This document shows positions 24,509 through 34,081 of a DNA stretch of 64,000 nucleotides, in pieces. The translations under genes and the position numbers were made by a program. The notes below the pieces were generated by a model. It was not told the origin of the DNA and ran no database searches. It was given only the letters and a program-made list of their open reading frames with translations. Source of the DNA: an uncultured Chlamydiae bacterium (GTDB lineage Bacteria > Chlamydiota > Chlamydiia > Chlamydiales > Parachlamydiaceae); NCBI GenBank assembly GCA_963754655.1, contig CAVWGN010000001.1, forward strand, positions 1,536,001 through 1,600,000, in the 5' to 3' direction. Every line of letters begins with the position of its first letter. Position 1 is the stretch's first letter.

Positions 24509-24635
24509 CTCAAACAGTCGTCTACGGACTCTTACACATTTATCAAAACATTTTGCAATCATTCGATCTTTTGTTAATTGCTGCTAGAGTTCATAGGGTG
24601 ACTATTTCTATCCCCATCGTTTGGTTGTCCGAGCT

Positions 24636-24717
24636 CATACGTATCAAGCTAAGAGATGAGCGTGTAGGCTAAGCGGCGCGGCGCCGCGACTGAAGGCGTC
24701 GCTTAGCCTAAGCTCAT
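24636..24717. repeat. Short hairpin repeat of the AAGAGATGAG...GCGACTGAAGGCG family
   Basis: TAGGCTAAGCGGCG...CGTCGCTTAGCCTA stem; homologous to the second layer of palindrome 1 and to 61370..61441. Confidence 0.75.
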
Positions 24718-24748
24718 TTAAACCGATGTCCCTTCCGGATTATTTTTT

Positions 24749-24965
24749 TAGCATGGTTCAATTGAAGGTAACATGTTTATGCCGTCCTTTCAAGGCTGAC
24801 AGGAAATTGATAATTTAGGACGTATATAATTTATTTTAACTTGTCGTGAGTATATTTTGAGTGGTTTCAAAAATTATTTAAGATCTGAAATTATCAATTT
24901 TCTGTCAGCCTCGAAAGGACGGCATAAATACATTACCCAAAAATTACTCTTTTTGAACCATGCTA
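24749..24965. repeat. Fold-back palindrome 2
   Basis: TAGCATGGTTCAA...TTGAACCATGCTA ends; inner stem TTTATGCCGTCCTTTCAAGGCTGACAG...AAATTGATAATTT matches its reverse complement; shares sequence with module B. Confidence 0.85.
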
Positions 24966-25805
24966 GGGAGCGTACCTAAAAGATTAACCATTGTATAATA
25001 CAAGCGATCGTCAACATTCCTGCATAATTTTGAGCTTTCATTTCGTATCTTATTCCAATACGCCTAAATCGTTTTATAAACTGAAAAAAAATTTCTACCA
25101 AGCAACGCTCTCTGTAGAGATGTTTATCATGTTCAATTAGTTCAGCTCTTGATACTTTGCTGGGTATGACTGCTTGACTTCCCATCTTTTCTATAAAATT
25201 TCTGATTTCATTTGAGTCGTAAGCTTTATCAGCTATAACATTTTGTGGATTTTTTCCACTGAGTAAAAGCTTCATTTGAGTGCTCTCGTGTACTTGACCT
25301 TCTGTCAAGATAAAATCAATACAACGACCTAATTCATCTGTTACTGCATGAATTTTTGTGGTTGTTCCGGCCCTTGATTTTCCCATGGCTTCTTCGGCTT
25401 TTTTTTTATCCTACAAGCATCTTGATGCGCTTCAACAATTGAGCTGTCTACAGAGTAATTTTCTTCGTCAATTTCATCTTTTAAAGCTTGCCAAATCGTT
25501 TGCCAGATTCCAGCCTTTGTCCATCGATTAAAGCGATTATAACATGTGCTCCAAGGACCATACTTGGGTGGTAGATCCCTCCAAGCGGCTCCTGTTCTTA
25601 AAATCCAAATAATGCCTTCTAAAATCTTACGATGAGGCCGACTTGGTCTGCCCCAATATCCTCGTTCTTTTGGCAATAAAGGTTTTATTTTTATCCATCT
25701 TTCATTAGTTAATACTATCCTACTCATTCAAATTTCCCCCTTGTTTTATCAGAGAAAATTATAAATCATAAGAGTTATTATTTTAAATCTTTTAGGTACG
25801 CTCCC
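24966..25805 (-). mobile_element. IS5-family insertion sequence, copy 2, 840 bp
   Basis: Reverse complement of copy 1 with a few substitutions; cTA/TAg flanks. Confidence 0.95.
24976..25727 (-). CDS. IS5-family transposase (frameshifted orfA 25341..25727 + orfB)
   Basis: orfA identical to copy 1; orfB has four substitutions (G>E, K>Q, I>L, N>I). Confidence 0.9.
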
Positions 25806-26372
25806 TAGTACTCAACCACACTAGTTTTTGTGTATTTAGACTGCTTCAAAGCCCCGGGGCTAGGGTGTTCATTTTGTGCAAAAAATGAGCTTTATTTTTC
25901 ACAATAATTGGCATAGTTGAATTGAAGGTCGCATGTTTATGCCGTCCTTTCAGGACTCGATGTCTTTTTGATAGAACCCAGGCCTCCGCTTCGCTGCGAC
26001 CTGGGCTGTAACATGACAGCCCTTCAGGCCTTAACAAGAGATGTTTAAGTCCCTCTTCTATAGTCCCTAAATCATCTTTTGTTAGGCCTGAAGGGCCGTC
26101 ATGTTACAGCCCAGGTCGCAGCGAAGCGGAGGCCTGGGTTCTATCAAAAAGACATCGAGTCCTGAAAGGACGGCATAAACATGCGACCTTCAATTTAACT
26201 ATGCCAATTATTGTAAAAAATAAAGCTCATTTTTTGCACAAAATGAACACCCTAGTCCCGGGTTGAATTGGCGTAACTGGGTCCATATTGCTAATATTGA
26301 GCCACTTACGCCAATTCAACCCCGGGGCTTTGAAGCAGTCTAAATACACAAAACTAATGTGGTTCAGTACTA
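25805..26372. repeat. Composite fold-back palindrome 3: outer shell + module B (25860..26255) + small hairpin C (26257..26327)
   Basis: Same outer termini as palindrome 1; module B has arms of about 170 bp and is almost identical to 62174..62658. Confidence 0.95.
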
Positions 26373-26973
26373 TTGGGCCCTCTGGCGTAGGCCTAACGAA
26401 ATAAGACTTTATATAAATGGCTTTAAGGATCAGTTTAGAGATGTTTTTAGTCTTTCAGGATGCGCCGAAGCGTGAAAAATGACCCACTAGTTTTTGCGTG
26501 ATGGCTTGCAAGGCTATCAAATCCGGATGAATTGTCATGTGTTAGTTATGAATCTTCGATCAAATGTGTTGTTCAGTTTTTAACCATACAAACTAACACT
26601 TTTTCTCATCCCAATCTGCACCAAAATGAAGCGGCGACTGAAAGCATTGCTTTATCTCTCTTCCTCTTTTACCTTAATGTCTTTTGCCAAAACTTTTTTG
26701 CTTAGCGATTCTATTTTTCACAGCCTCAAAAGGATGGTATAACAAGTTGAATACGGCCTTGATTGATAAAATGTGCAAAATTTCAGTGATGGATAGTGCT
26801 GTTTTTGCTATCTTATAAAAATTTCTCAATGAAGCAACATTCTAAGCTGTTTAATTAAAGACTATCTTTTACTTTTAACTTTTATAATATTAGTAGTTTG
26901 TCGCATTCGTCTATCCTATAATAGATTCGTAGATTCATAGATTCTCAATAGATAGAGATTTAGGAGGGATAAC

Positions 26974-29226
26974 ATGAAAGTTTCGTTTGAGTTAAGTGTT
27001 CGGAACAAAACAAAGTTTAAGTTCATGTCTGGTGCATTTCTCTCGGTAGCTCTTTTCTGCATTTTTTCTTCTGCTAGCGCTAAAGACATTCAGGAAAAAG
27101 ATAGCAGCTCGCCTTTTCTCAACGTTTCTCAACAGGTTGAAACAAGACTGCATAATATTGAACTTATGCGTCATGTTCTTAAAAAAGGAGAGTATGAAGG
27201 ATATGATATTATGATGATCAGCTCAACGACTGAAGAAGAAGCTCTCTATCAGCAACGAATTTTTGAGAAGATTTTTGCCGGGACATCTAAAAAAGATGGG
27301 CGAACGCCAATTATTCTTTCCGTTGTAGATTCCACTGATGGAGGTCAATTAATTGGAGCTGTTTATACTTGGATCAAAGCCGAAGAAATGATGAGAAAAA
27401 AGCATGCCGAATTGATGAGTGGTTATAAAAATCTGTTTGATTATATTAAATCGAGCAAGGCCAAGGTTGCAGCCTATCATAATGGCGGAAGAGGAGAACG
27501 CTGTAGTCCACTGACGCAAAGTTTGGGAAATTCACGCGGTGCGCAGAAGCTTGTGGGATCAATTAAGAATGTGCAAAATGAAGAGATTGAATTAGAAGTT
27601 TTGCTTGGCGTAGTCCTGCAATGTTCAAGCTTTGCCACAAGCAATAATGGAACACATATCGATACATTTTGGACATCGCAGATTGCTTTTGGTTCCCATC
27701 CTCACGATCGTCTCCAACGTTCTAACTATAAAATTGATAAATTTCTTGTTGGATTCGATAAAGACTATTTAATCCCTCAAAATTTTGCAGATTTTGGAAC
27801 AGCAGCTCTTACCAAAGCTGGCCGAATGGTTGCTTTCTACGGTAACAAGAGATTTGCCTCAAGAAAGGGAAGCCAATATGCCATTGACGTCTCAAAGCTT
27901 GAAAAAGAATTATTAAGTAAAGGAGATAAAGTCGCCTATGACTTTGGTTCCTTTTCCTGCAGCATTGAGATGTGGAGTCTCTTTGTTGATTTTTGGAAAA
28001 AGAAAGAAATCTTTGAATTAATGAACAGTGGCCAATTACGTTCAAAAATCAAACGCGATATAGATCCTCATTTCATCCAACCTTTTATTCGTTTACTTTA
28101 TGGCATTAATGATCTGGCAGATCGAAAAGTCATCGACAATCAACTTCCCGATCCAGCGAATTTGATAAGCCAAAGCGAACTTGATATTGCTCGTGAAAAA
28201 TTTGACACAATTATAAAAAAGACAAGTCCTCATGCCCATGTCTATATTTGGGAAGACATCCATAACGAACCGGATGACAAGAAGAAAGCTGAAGGTGCTA
28301 TTTATATGCATGAGGTTATGGATTTCTACCTCTTATATCGTCAAAGTCCCGTTTTTATTGATTTACATAAGATATTTGGATTTATTGATCTAGGGAATGA
28401 GACACAATGGTTTCGCTATCGGCGGCCAATTGATATCATGAACGAAAAGTTTGAAATGCTTACTGATTTGATTGGAAAAAAAATTGAAGTTCAACTCAAT
28501 GGTTCAGTTCAAGAATATGAAGCAAACCAGGCGCTTCTCCATCGATGTCGCGAAGCACGCCTCATGCGTGGAATAAAAGACGAAGAAATAGCAAAATTCA
28601 GCGTTGGCGATAAGGTGATCATTCTGACTTATGAGGAAATGAAATCAGGTAAGCTAGTTGAAGGTGTTTTTGTGAAGAATTCAATCATTCAGAATTGCGA
28701 TCTTTCAATAGGCTCTATTATCATCAATAGTGTCGTCAATCATGTTACAGGAAAAGTTGTAGCAAATCATTCTTACCTCGAGTCCTCAACCTTTCCTCTT
28801 TGCCAATCCATGACAAGTGTGATTCATGAGGTGATTGATATTAACCAAATACAAGCCGATCGTGAGGTTGTTTCAGATGTCTATAAATCCACACTTTCTC
28901 CTCCTTATCATGGCAGGATGCGGGCGCCAATAGGCTATGATCCCAAAGGCATGCAAATTTATAAAATCTTGGATAAGAATAAGGAGGACAAGCCGATCTC
29001 TAGCGAAGAGCTCGATCAGACAATTAAGTATTTTGTAGAGCACATTCCTTATGATTTAAGAGGTGCTAAGGAATATAGCGATGTGACCGCAAGAACAGAA
29101 GATGGACGCTTTACCTTTGAAGAAATTCGCAGAATTGAGCCAATGAGGGCTCTTGATCAAAAATTTAGAGAATCAATTGATCATATCGCAAAAGAAGCTC
29201 TGAAGAAAAGTCGGTTAGGATCATAG
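26974..29226 (+). CDS. Large uncharacterised protein with signal-like N-terminus and a divergent sugar-phosphate nucleotidyltransferase-like motif
   Basis: SD AGGAGG; AAYHNGGRGERCSPLT resembles GGxGxRxxPLT; short hexapeptide-like VKNSIIQNCDLSIGSIIINSVV. Confidence 0.6.
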   Translation: MKVSFELSVRNKTKFKFMSGAFLSVALFCIFSSASAKDIQEKDSSSPFLNVSQQVETRLHNIELMRHVLKKGEYEGYDIMMISSTTEEEALYQQRIFEKIFAGTSKKDGRTPIILSVVDSTDGGQLIGAVYTWIKAEEMMRKKHAELMSGYKNLFDYIKSSKAKVAAYHNGGRGERCSPLTQSLGNSRGAQKLVGSIKNVQNEEIELEVLLGVVLQCSSFATSNNGTHIDTFWTSQIAFGSHPHDRLQRSNYKIDKFLVGFDKDYLIPQNFADFGTAALTKAGRMVAFYGNKRFASRKGSQYAIDVSKLEKELLSKGDKVAYDFGSFSCSIEMWSLFVDFWKKKEIFELMNSGQLRSKIKRDIDPHFIQPFIRLLYGINDLADRKVIDNQLPDPANLISQSELDIAREKFDTIIKKTSPHAHVYIWEDIHNEPDDKKKAEGAIYMHEVMDFYLLYRQSPVFIDLHKIFGFIDLGNETQWFRYRRPIDIMNEKFEMLTDLIGKKIEVQLNGSVQEYEANQALLHRCREARLMRGIKDEEIAKFSVGDKVIILTYEEMKSGKLVEGVFVKNSIIQNCDLSIGSIIINSVVNHVTGKVVANHSYLESSTFPLCQSMTSVIHEVIDINQIQADREVVSDVYKSTLSPPYHGRMRAPIGYDPKGMQIYKILDKNKEDKPISSEELDQTIKYFVEHIPYDLRGAKEYSDVTARTEDGRFTFEEIRRIEPMRALDQKFRESIDHIAKEALKKSRLGS

Positions 29227-29262
29227 GAAAAGCAAAGAAATTTAGAAAGGACATAAAAGGAA

Positions 29263-30726
29263 CTAAGTATGATAAAGGTATTCGGGTTCCTCTCCTCCCA
29301 CTCCATGCGGTTGCTCTATTCTAAGCGTCATGATGGGGCTAAAAAGTCCCATTAAATCACGTTGCCACCACCATCCTAGTTCTTTCTTTTGTTGCTTAGT
29401 GCTAAATTGATAGTCATACATCAAGGCACGGACATATTTAGGAGGTTGATTAGGAAAGGGATTATAGCGAACCAATTTGAGGACGTCGGGTGTTCCCTGA
29501 AGTAAATGATAGAGAAATTGATGAAACCATGTTTCAGATTCAAAGTCATCAAAGGGTAAAAACCACATTTGCCAGTCCAACCTAGGTTGATAAGGAGAAA
29601 TGCGGCGCGGACGGCGGGTCACTTCTGAAGGCTTATACCAGGACAAATATTCTTTCCAAATTTTTCCATCTTGGCTCCCTTCCACAACAATTTCATATCT
29701 TTTTTTTGTCATAATCGCAAAAAGACCGTAGCGATTGACAAGATGGAAAGAAGAAAGCCACGCTAACCATTGAGCTAAAAAACGCTTATATGGAGGTTGG
29801 AAATGATGCCACAATCGCATGATCTGTAAAATAAGAAAGACAGCTCCAATCAACGAAAGAACGGCATGGGTGATCCCATGTGAAGAGGGAAAGGATGCAG
29901 GTTCTTTTATGAAAGATAAAAAATTGTTATTAAAGGCAATTACGGAAAAAACTGCAGTTAAGTGATTAAGATAAGAGAAATTGCCTGTTAACCAGATAAT
30001 GACTTGAAGGGTAATAAACGTAACGCCCACACCTGCTCGAATGTCATCTGTAAAAAATAATCCAAAAGGAACTGCCAATTCAACAACAAACATAAAAAAT
30101 GTTGAGGCTTTGTGCAGATTGATTGGCCATTTATAAACATACCATGCCCAGGTATTAGGCAAGGGTTGACTCTGATAATGGAATTTTAATGCAGTTAAAT
30201 CTCGCCAAGAATAATCTTGGCTCTGCAATTTGACTGCTCCTGCTTGAATGTGAAAGCGAAACAATAAAAAATTCAAACACAACCAAGCCATTAAATTAGG
30301 AATCGGACTCAAACTGACCAAAAAAGTATAAAAAGTGATCTCAAGTAAAAAGCTTTCCCAACCAAAGCTGAGAAAATCTTGTCCTACTGAAACAATCGAA
30401 AGATAAATGATGAATAACAGTCCTAAACATAGGGTTGGATAATAACCCAGTAGAAGAATAAGTGATAACAGGGTTCCCGCAATTGTCATCCCCATCAAAG
30501 CCTTGTCACTGTCATTCTGCCAAAAAAGAGTCGGAATATAAAAAAAACGTTTACGTGGCAAATGCAACCGAAAATGATTTAAATAATCCACGATTGGAAG
30601 AATGCCATTCTTTCCTAAAAGGCCGCGTATTTGAAAAAGAAAGGCTCCAATTGCGAAAAAATAAATGAGTCCTAACAACCGAGGCAATAAGAGAGCTGCT
30701 GTGGTATAGGTCTCAGGATCCCACAT
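29263..30726 (-). CDS. Lipase maturation factor (LMF) family membrane protein
   Basis: GQDFLSFGWESFLLE, FHYQSQPLP, YGLFAIMT, PYQPRLDWQMWF; start placed at MWDPETY (uncertain). Confidence 0.85.
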   Translation of the reverse strand: MWDPETYTTAALLLPRLLGLIYFFAIGAFLFQIRGLLGKNGILPIVDYLNHFRLHLPRKRFFYIPTLFWQNDSDKALMGMTIAGTLLSLILLLGYYPTLCLGLLFIIYLSIVSVGQDFLSFGWESFLLEITFYTFLVSLSPIPNLMAWLCLNFLLFRFHIQAGAVKLQSQDYSWRDLTALKFHYQSQPLPNTWAWYVYKWPINLHKASTFFMFVVELAVPFGLFFTDDIRAGVGVTFITLQVIIWLTGNFSYLNHLTAVFSVIAFNNNFLSFIKEPASFPSSHGITHAVLSLIGAVFLILQIMRLWHHFQPPYKRFLAQWLAWLSSFHLVNRYGLFAIMTKKRYEIVVEGSQDGKIWKEYLSWYKPSEVTRRPRRISPYQPRLDWQMWFLPFDDFESETWFHQFLYHLLQGTPDVLKLVRYNPFPNQPPKYVRALMYDYQFSTKQQKKELGWWWQRDLMGLFSPIMTLRIEQPHGVGGEEPEYLYHT

Positions 30727-31366
30727 TTTTTTCCTCAATTTTGAGAAGAACTTTCCTTTAGGATATAAGAAATGGGTGGGCCCCATCCCTCTGGCCACTA
30801 TAGATGAGCTCTTTCCCTCTGTCAATATTCGATTTTTAAGTTATCCTTAAAAAACCATTCAAAAACTTATTAACCAACATTTTTTTTAAACACTTAGTTT
30901 TTGTAATAGAGTCTTTAGATTGATTGGTTTGCGTACTTTATTTCCTTTTTATTTTACAAAAAATTTATTTGTTTTTTCTTATCTTATCAGTCTCTCATTG
31001 TATTTAGAGACCCTATTGAAAAAAAAAGGACCCTAATTTGAATAAAGTTGAACTATTGAACCAAAATAGAATTTTCTTTAATGAATATCAAAAAATGTAT
31101 TTTATGATCTTTCTTACTCATTTACAAATGGTTACGACTAATATTCTATAGATATATGAAAATTTTTTGATGATAACTTAAAATTTTTTTTGATAAAAAT
31201 TCGGAAAAAACTCAGATTAAAGCTAAAAGGTTACTTTGCATATTATCGGTTAGGCACGCGGATATGCAAGGCTAGGTCCTTAAATAAAGTCGAAGCCGTC
31301 GAATGTATAAATCAATTTACTGGCGGTTTCAACTCAAGTTGCTTCAACTTATCAAGGAGGTTGAAT

Positions 31367-31954
31367 ATGAAGAAAATGTGCTTATTCTTATCAGTCCTAT
31401 TGTGCGTATTTGTCGCATCTTATAGCTATGCTCAGCCAGGTCCTGGTTATGATAATGGTGGATATGAGGGCGGTGGATATGAAGGTGGTGGTGGCGGTGG
31501 TTATGCCGGTGGTGGTTATGGTGGTGGTGGTGATTTTGGTGGCGGTGGTTACGCCGGTGGTGGTTACGGTGGTGGTGGCGGTGAGAATTGTGGCCAGCCA
31601 TGTGCACCTTCGGATAAACCTATGGGTGATTGCTATTGCTTATATTGCCATTATAAGCCCTGCTATTACAACAAGTGGCATTGCAACTATTGTCCAAAGT
31701 ATACCTATAAGAAATGCTGCCGCTATGTTCCGCAATATTATCAAAAACAATGCTGCCGTTATGTTCCACAGTATTACTGTCAAACATGCTGCCGCTATGT
31801 ACCACAATACTATTATACCTGCAATTGCCAATATTGCCCTAAGTATTATTGTGAAAAGTGCTGCCGTTGGGTTCCAAGTTACTACTATAAGCATGTCTGC
31901 CAACCCCAACAGCCTTGTCAACCATGCAACCCCAACCCATGTGAGGGAGGGTAA
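31367..31954 (+). CDS. Secreted Gly-rich and Cys/Tyr-rich repeat protein (chlamydial envelope, OmcA-like role inferred)
   Basis: AGGAGG before ATG 31367; signal peptide; GGGY repeats then CCRYVPQYY repeats. Confidence 0.8.
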   Translation: MKKMCLFLSVLLCVFVASYSYAQPGPGYDNGGYEGGGYEGGGGGGYAGGGYGGGGDFGGGGYAGGGYGGGGGENCGQPCAPSDKPMGDCYCLYCHYKPCYYNKWHCNYCPKYTYKKCCRYVPQYYQKQCCRYVPQYYCQTCCRYVPQYYYTCNCQYCPKYYCEKCCRWVPSYYYKHVCQPQQPCQPCNPNPCEGG

Positions 31955-31981
31955 TTCCTTCGTTAATTGCATGTCCTATTG

Positions 31982-32012
31982 TCAGACAGGTAGAGGTTTT
32001 CTACCTGTCTGA
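31982..32012 (+). terminator. Probable intrinsic terminator hairpin
   Basis: TCAGACAGGTAGA-GGTTT-TCTACCTGTCTGA followed by TTCGTTT, just after the stop codon. Confidence 0.75.
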
Positions 32013-32193
32013 TTCGTTTAATCTCTCCTTAGTCTTTCAATTAACATGCCAAACTTTAAGATAATCCTAAAATTTTTTTTAAAGCCTGATTGACAATTAT
32101 TAAAAACTTTATAAACTTCTGCTTTACTATGAGAAGAATTTGCGTTTAAAATTTTGGCCTCTCCCTATCAGGCTCTCTTTAAGGAAGACTTAA

Positions 32194-32979
32194 ATGAAAT
32201 TCACTTTTTATCTTTATGGTTTAATTGGATGCTTGCTGATTTCTAGCTTTTTACCAGCCAAACAATGGGTTCAAACATATGCATTAGAAGCTTATGTAGG
32301 GCCTGAAATCTATTATATGAATCGAACAAAAGAAGGAGGAGCTCAGCAATCTGGCATTTTGTATGGTGTACGGATTGGATATGACCACATTCATCGTTAT
32401 AAATTCTACTGGGGTCTAGATGCTTTATGGGCGACTGGCATCTTAAACGGAAAAAATCAAGAGACACATCTCAAATCAAAGTTTACTGATATGAATGTGG
32501 AAGCTCGTATAGGATATACTTTTCAAAGTAAAAATTGGCATTGTGCCTCTTTTACTCCTTATATAGGAGGAGGATATTTTTGGGAGAATAATGATTATCA
32601 GCATCCTTCTCCTTTGCCAGTCCACTTTAAAAATCGATTTTCCTATCTTCCCATTGGATTTATTTCCCAAATTTTCATAACTCCTCGTTGGAGTATTGGA
32701 GCGAATTTTAAAGTAAGATATCTTTTAGAAGCCGAACAATACGTGACGCATGATCCAAAACATAAGAATCTGACACAAAATTATGAAGAAAGGCTCCAAT
32801 ATCGAGCTGAGATTCCAGTGACCTATTTTTTTTGTTGGGGAAAGAATTCTTTAGCAGTCAGTTTAGTTCCTTTTTATGAATATCGCTCTTATGGGCATCG
32901 TGCAAATTTTCCCTTTGATTTTTTGGAAACCCAATTAAAACTTTATGGAGCAACACTTAAATTACTTTATCTTTTCTAG
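32194..32979 (+). CDS. Outer-membrane beta-barrel protein
   Basis: Signal peptide, alternating aromatic strands, EARIGYTF, C-terminal LYLF. Confidence 0.7.
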   Translation: MKFTFYLYGLIGCLLISSFLPAKQWVQTYALEAYVGPEIYYMNRTKEGGAQQSGILYGVRIGYDHIHRYKFYWGLDALWATGILNGKNQETHLKSKFTDMNVEARIGYTFQSKNWHCASFTPYIGGGYFWENNDYQHPSPLPVHFKNRFSYLPIGFISQIFITPRWSIGANFKVRYLLEAEQYVTHDPKHKNLTQNYEERLQYRAEIPVTYFFCWGKNSLAVSLVPFYEYRSYGHRANFPFDFLETQLKLYGATLKLLYLF

Positions 32980-33091
32980 GTTCCCCATAGATTTTCCTAA
33001 AATTAAAATTCTGCTTGATTCATTCTCACGCATCTTATATAGGTTCAGCCAAATCCTTTGGATAAGCCGGTCTTAAACATTTAGAGCACTG

Positions 33092-33203
33092 AGGACTCGT
33101 TTACAGAGTGTCTGCCTATTAGGGATGGCTTTAAACGTCTTATGCGTTAAGGTAACACGTTTAAAGTCATCCCTAATAGGCAGACACTCTGTAAACGAGT
33201 CCT
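33092..33203. repeat. Fold-back palindrome 4 (short, collapsed member)
   Basis: AGGACTCGTTTACAGAGTGTCTGCCTATTAGGGATG...CATCCCTAATAGGCAGACACTCTGTAAACGAGTCCT; loop holds TATGCGTTAAGGTAA. Confidence 0.9.
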
Positions 33204-33216
33204 ACGAAATCATTAC

Positions 33217-33981
33217 ATGGAGAGAGTGATGAAAAATATACAACATGCGATGTTAGGCATTTTGCTCATGGGAGGGTCAATTCCTCAACCTGTTTTAAGC
33301 AATAGCGTAATGATAGAAAATTCTTCTGGAGAGAGCATTGAATTGGGTATAGATGTCAATGATCGATTTTTAGATGTGCTCAATCAGATTCAAGCTTATT
33401 TTCAAGAAGAAAGCTGCATGATGAAAGATCATGAGCAGATACCTGAAACTTCAAACTTCGTTCAGGGAATTTCATGGCGTGATCCACAGTGGAATCTCCT
33501 TGTTTCTCATGCAGGACTTACTGCACGAGCAAAAAACTGGCGTGATTATCAGGCGAGTGTTTCTAAAAAAGAAAAAGAGAACATTGTCTATATTATGCGA
33601 ACTCTTGCAAGTGAGTCCTTGATAAGCATTGGCAAAAAAAAATCTTCTTTAAAGTCAGCTGGCGATCATATTGATCATCTTCATCCTTTTCGATTTTTGA
33701 TTACAGTTTTTACAGATGAAGAGTTAAAAGCGAGAATTGCTGCCATTCGGGATAGGGGAGGATGGGTAGGCGATGGTTTTTTTGATGGAATTACTAAAAG
33801 TTTAAAAGATGAGGCTGCTCACGGGAATCTGCTTCAATTTACTCAGGATTTTGCTACACAGGTTAACATTGATAGTGAGTTAATTTCTTCTTCTTTGCAG
33901 CAGGGCAAATGGAAGGAATTTGTGAGTATTTTAATTGATAAGATTCCTCGTGAAATAGATCCCAAACGTTATGATATGTAA
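33217..33981 (+). CDS. Hypothetical exported protein
   Basis: 254-aa ORF with signal-like N-terminus and HLHPFRFL motif. Confidence 0.65.
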   Translation: MERVMKNIQHAMLGILLMGGSIPQPVLSNSVMIENSSGESIELGIDVNDRFLDVLNQIQAYFQEESCMMKDHEQIPETSNFVQGISWRDPQWNLLVSHAGLTARAKNWRDYQASVSKKEKENIVYIMRTLASESLISIGKKKSSLKSAGDHIDHLHPFRFLITVFTDEELKARIAAIRDRGGWVGDGFFDGITKSLKDEAAHGNLLQFTQDFATQVNIDSELISSSLQQGKWKEFVSILIDKIPREIDPKRYDM

Positions 33982-34081
33982 AGAGGCTTCTTAAATTAAT
34001 CAGCATATGATTTAAAAGAGATTTTTTTAGGGAGAGTCCCGAAAGGATATAAAGATTTTCTTCTTTTAATTTTAAAAGGAA

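Noticed and set aside
25846..26037. ORFs MLRPEG(L/P)SCYSPGRSEAEAW (also 62163..62351 and 62394..62744)
   Set aside because: Lie within palindrome arms, start at TTG without an SD; typical spurious translations of REP-like repeats.
31190..31366. 59-aa N-terminal extension of the Cys-rich protein, plus overlapping His-rich and Val-rich ORFs
   Set aside because: SD and signal peptide point to ATG 31367; the other ORFs are frame shadows of GGT repeats.
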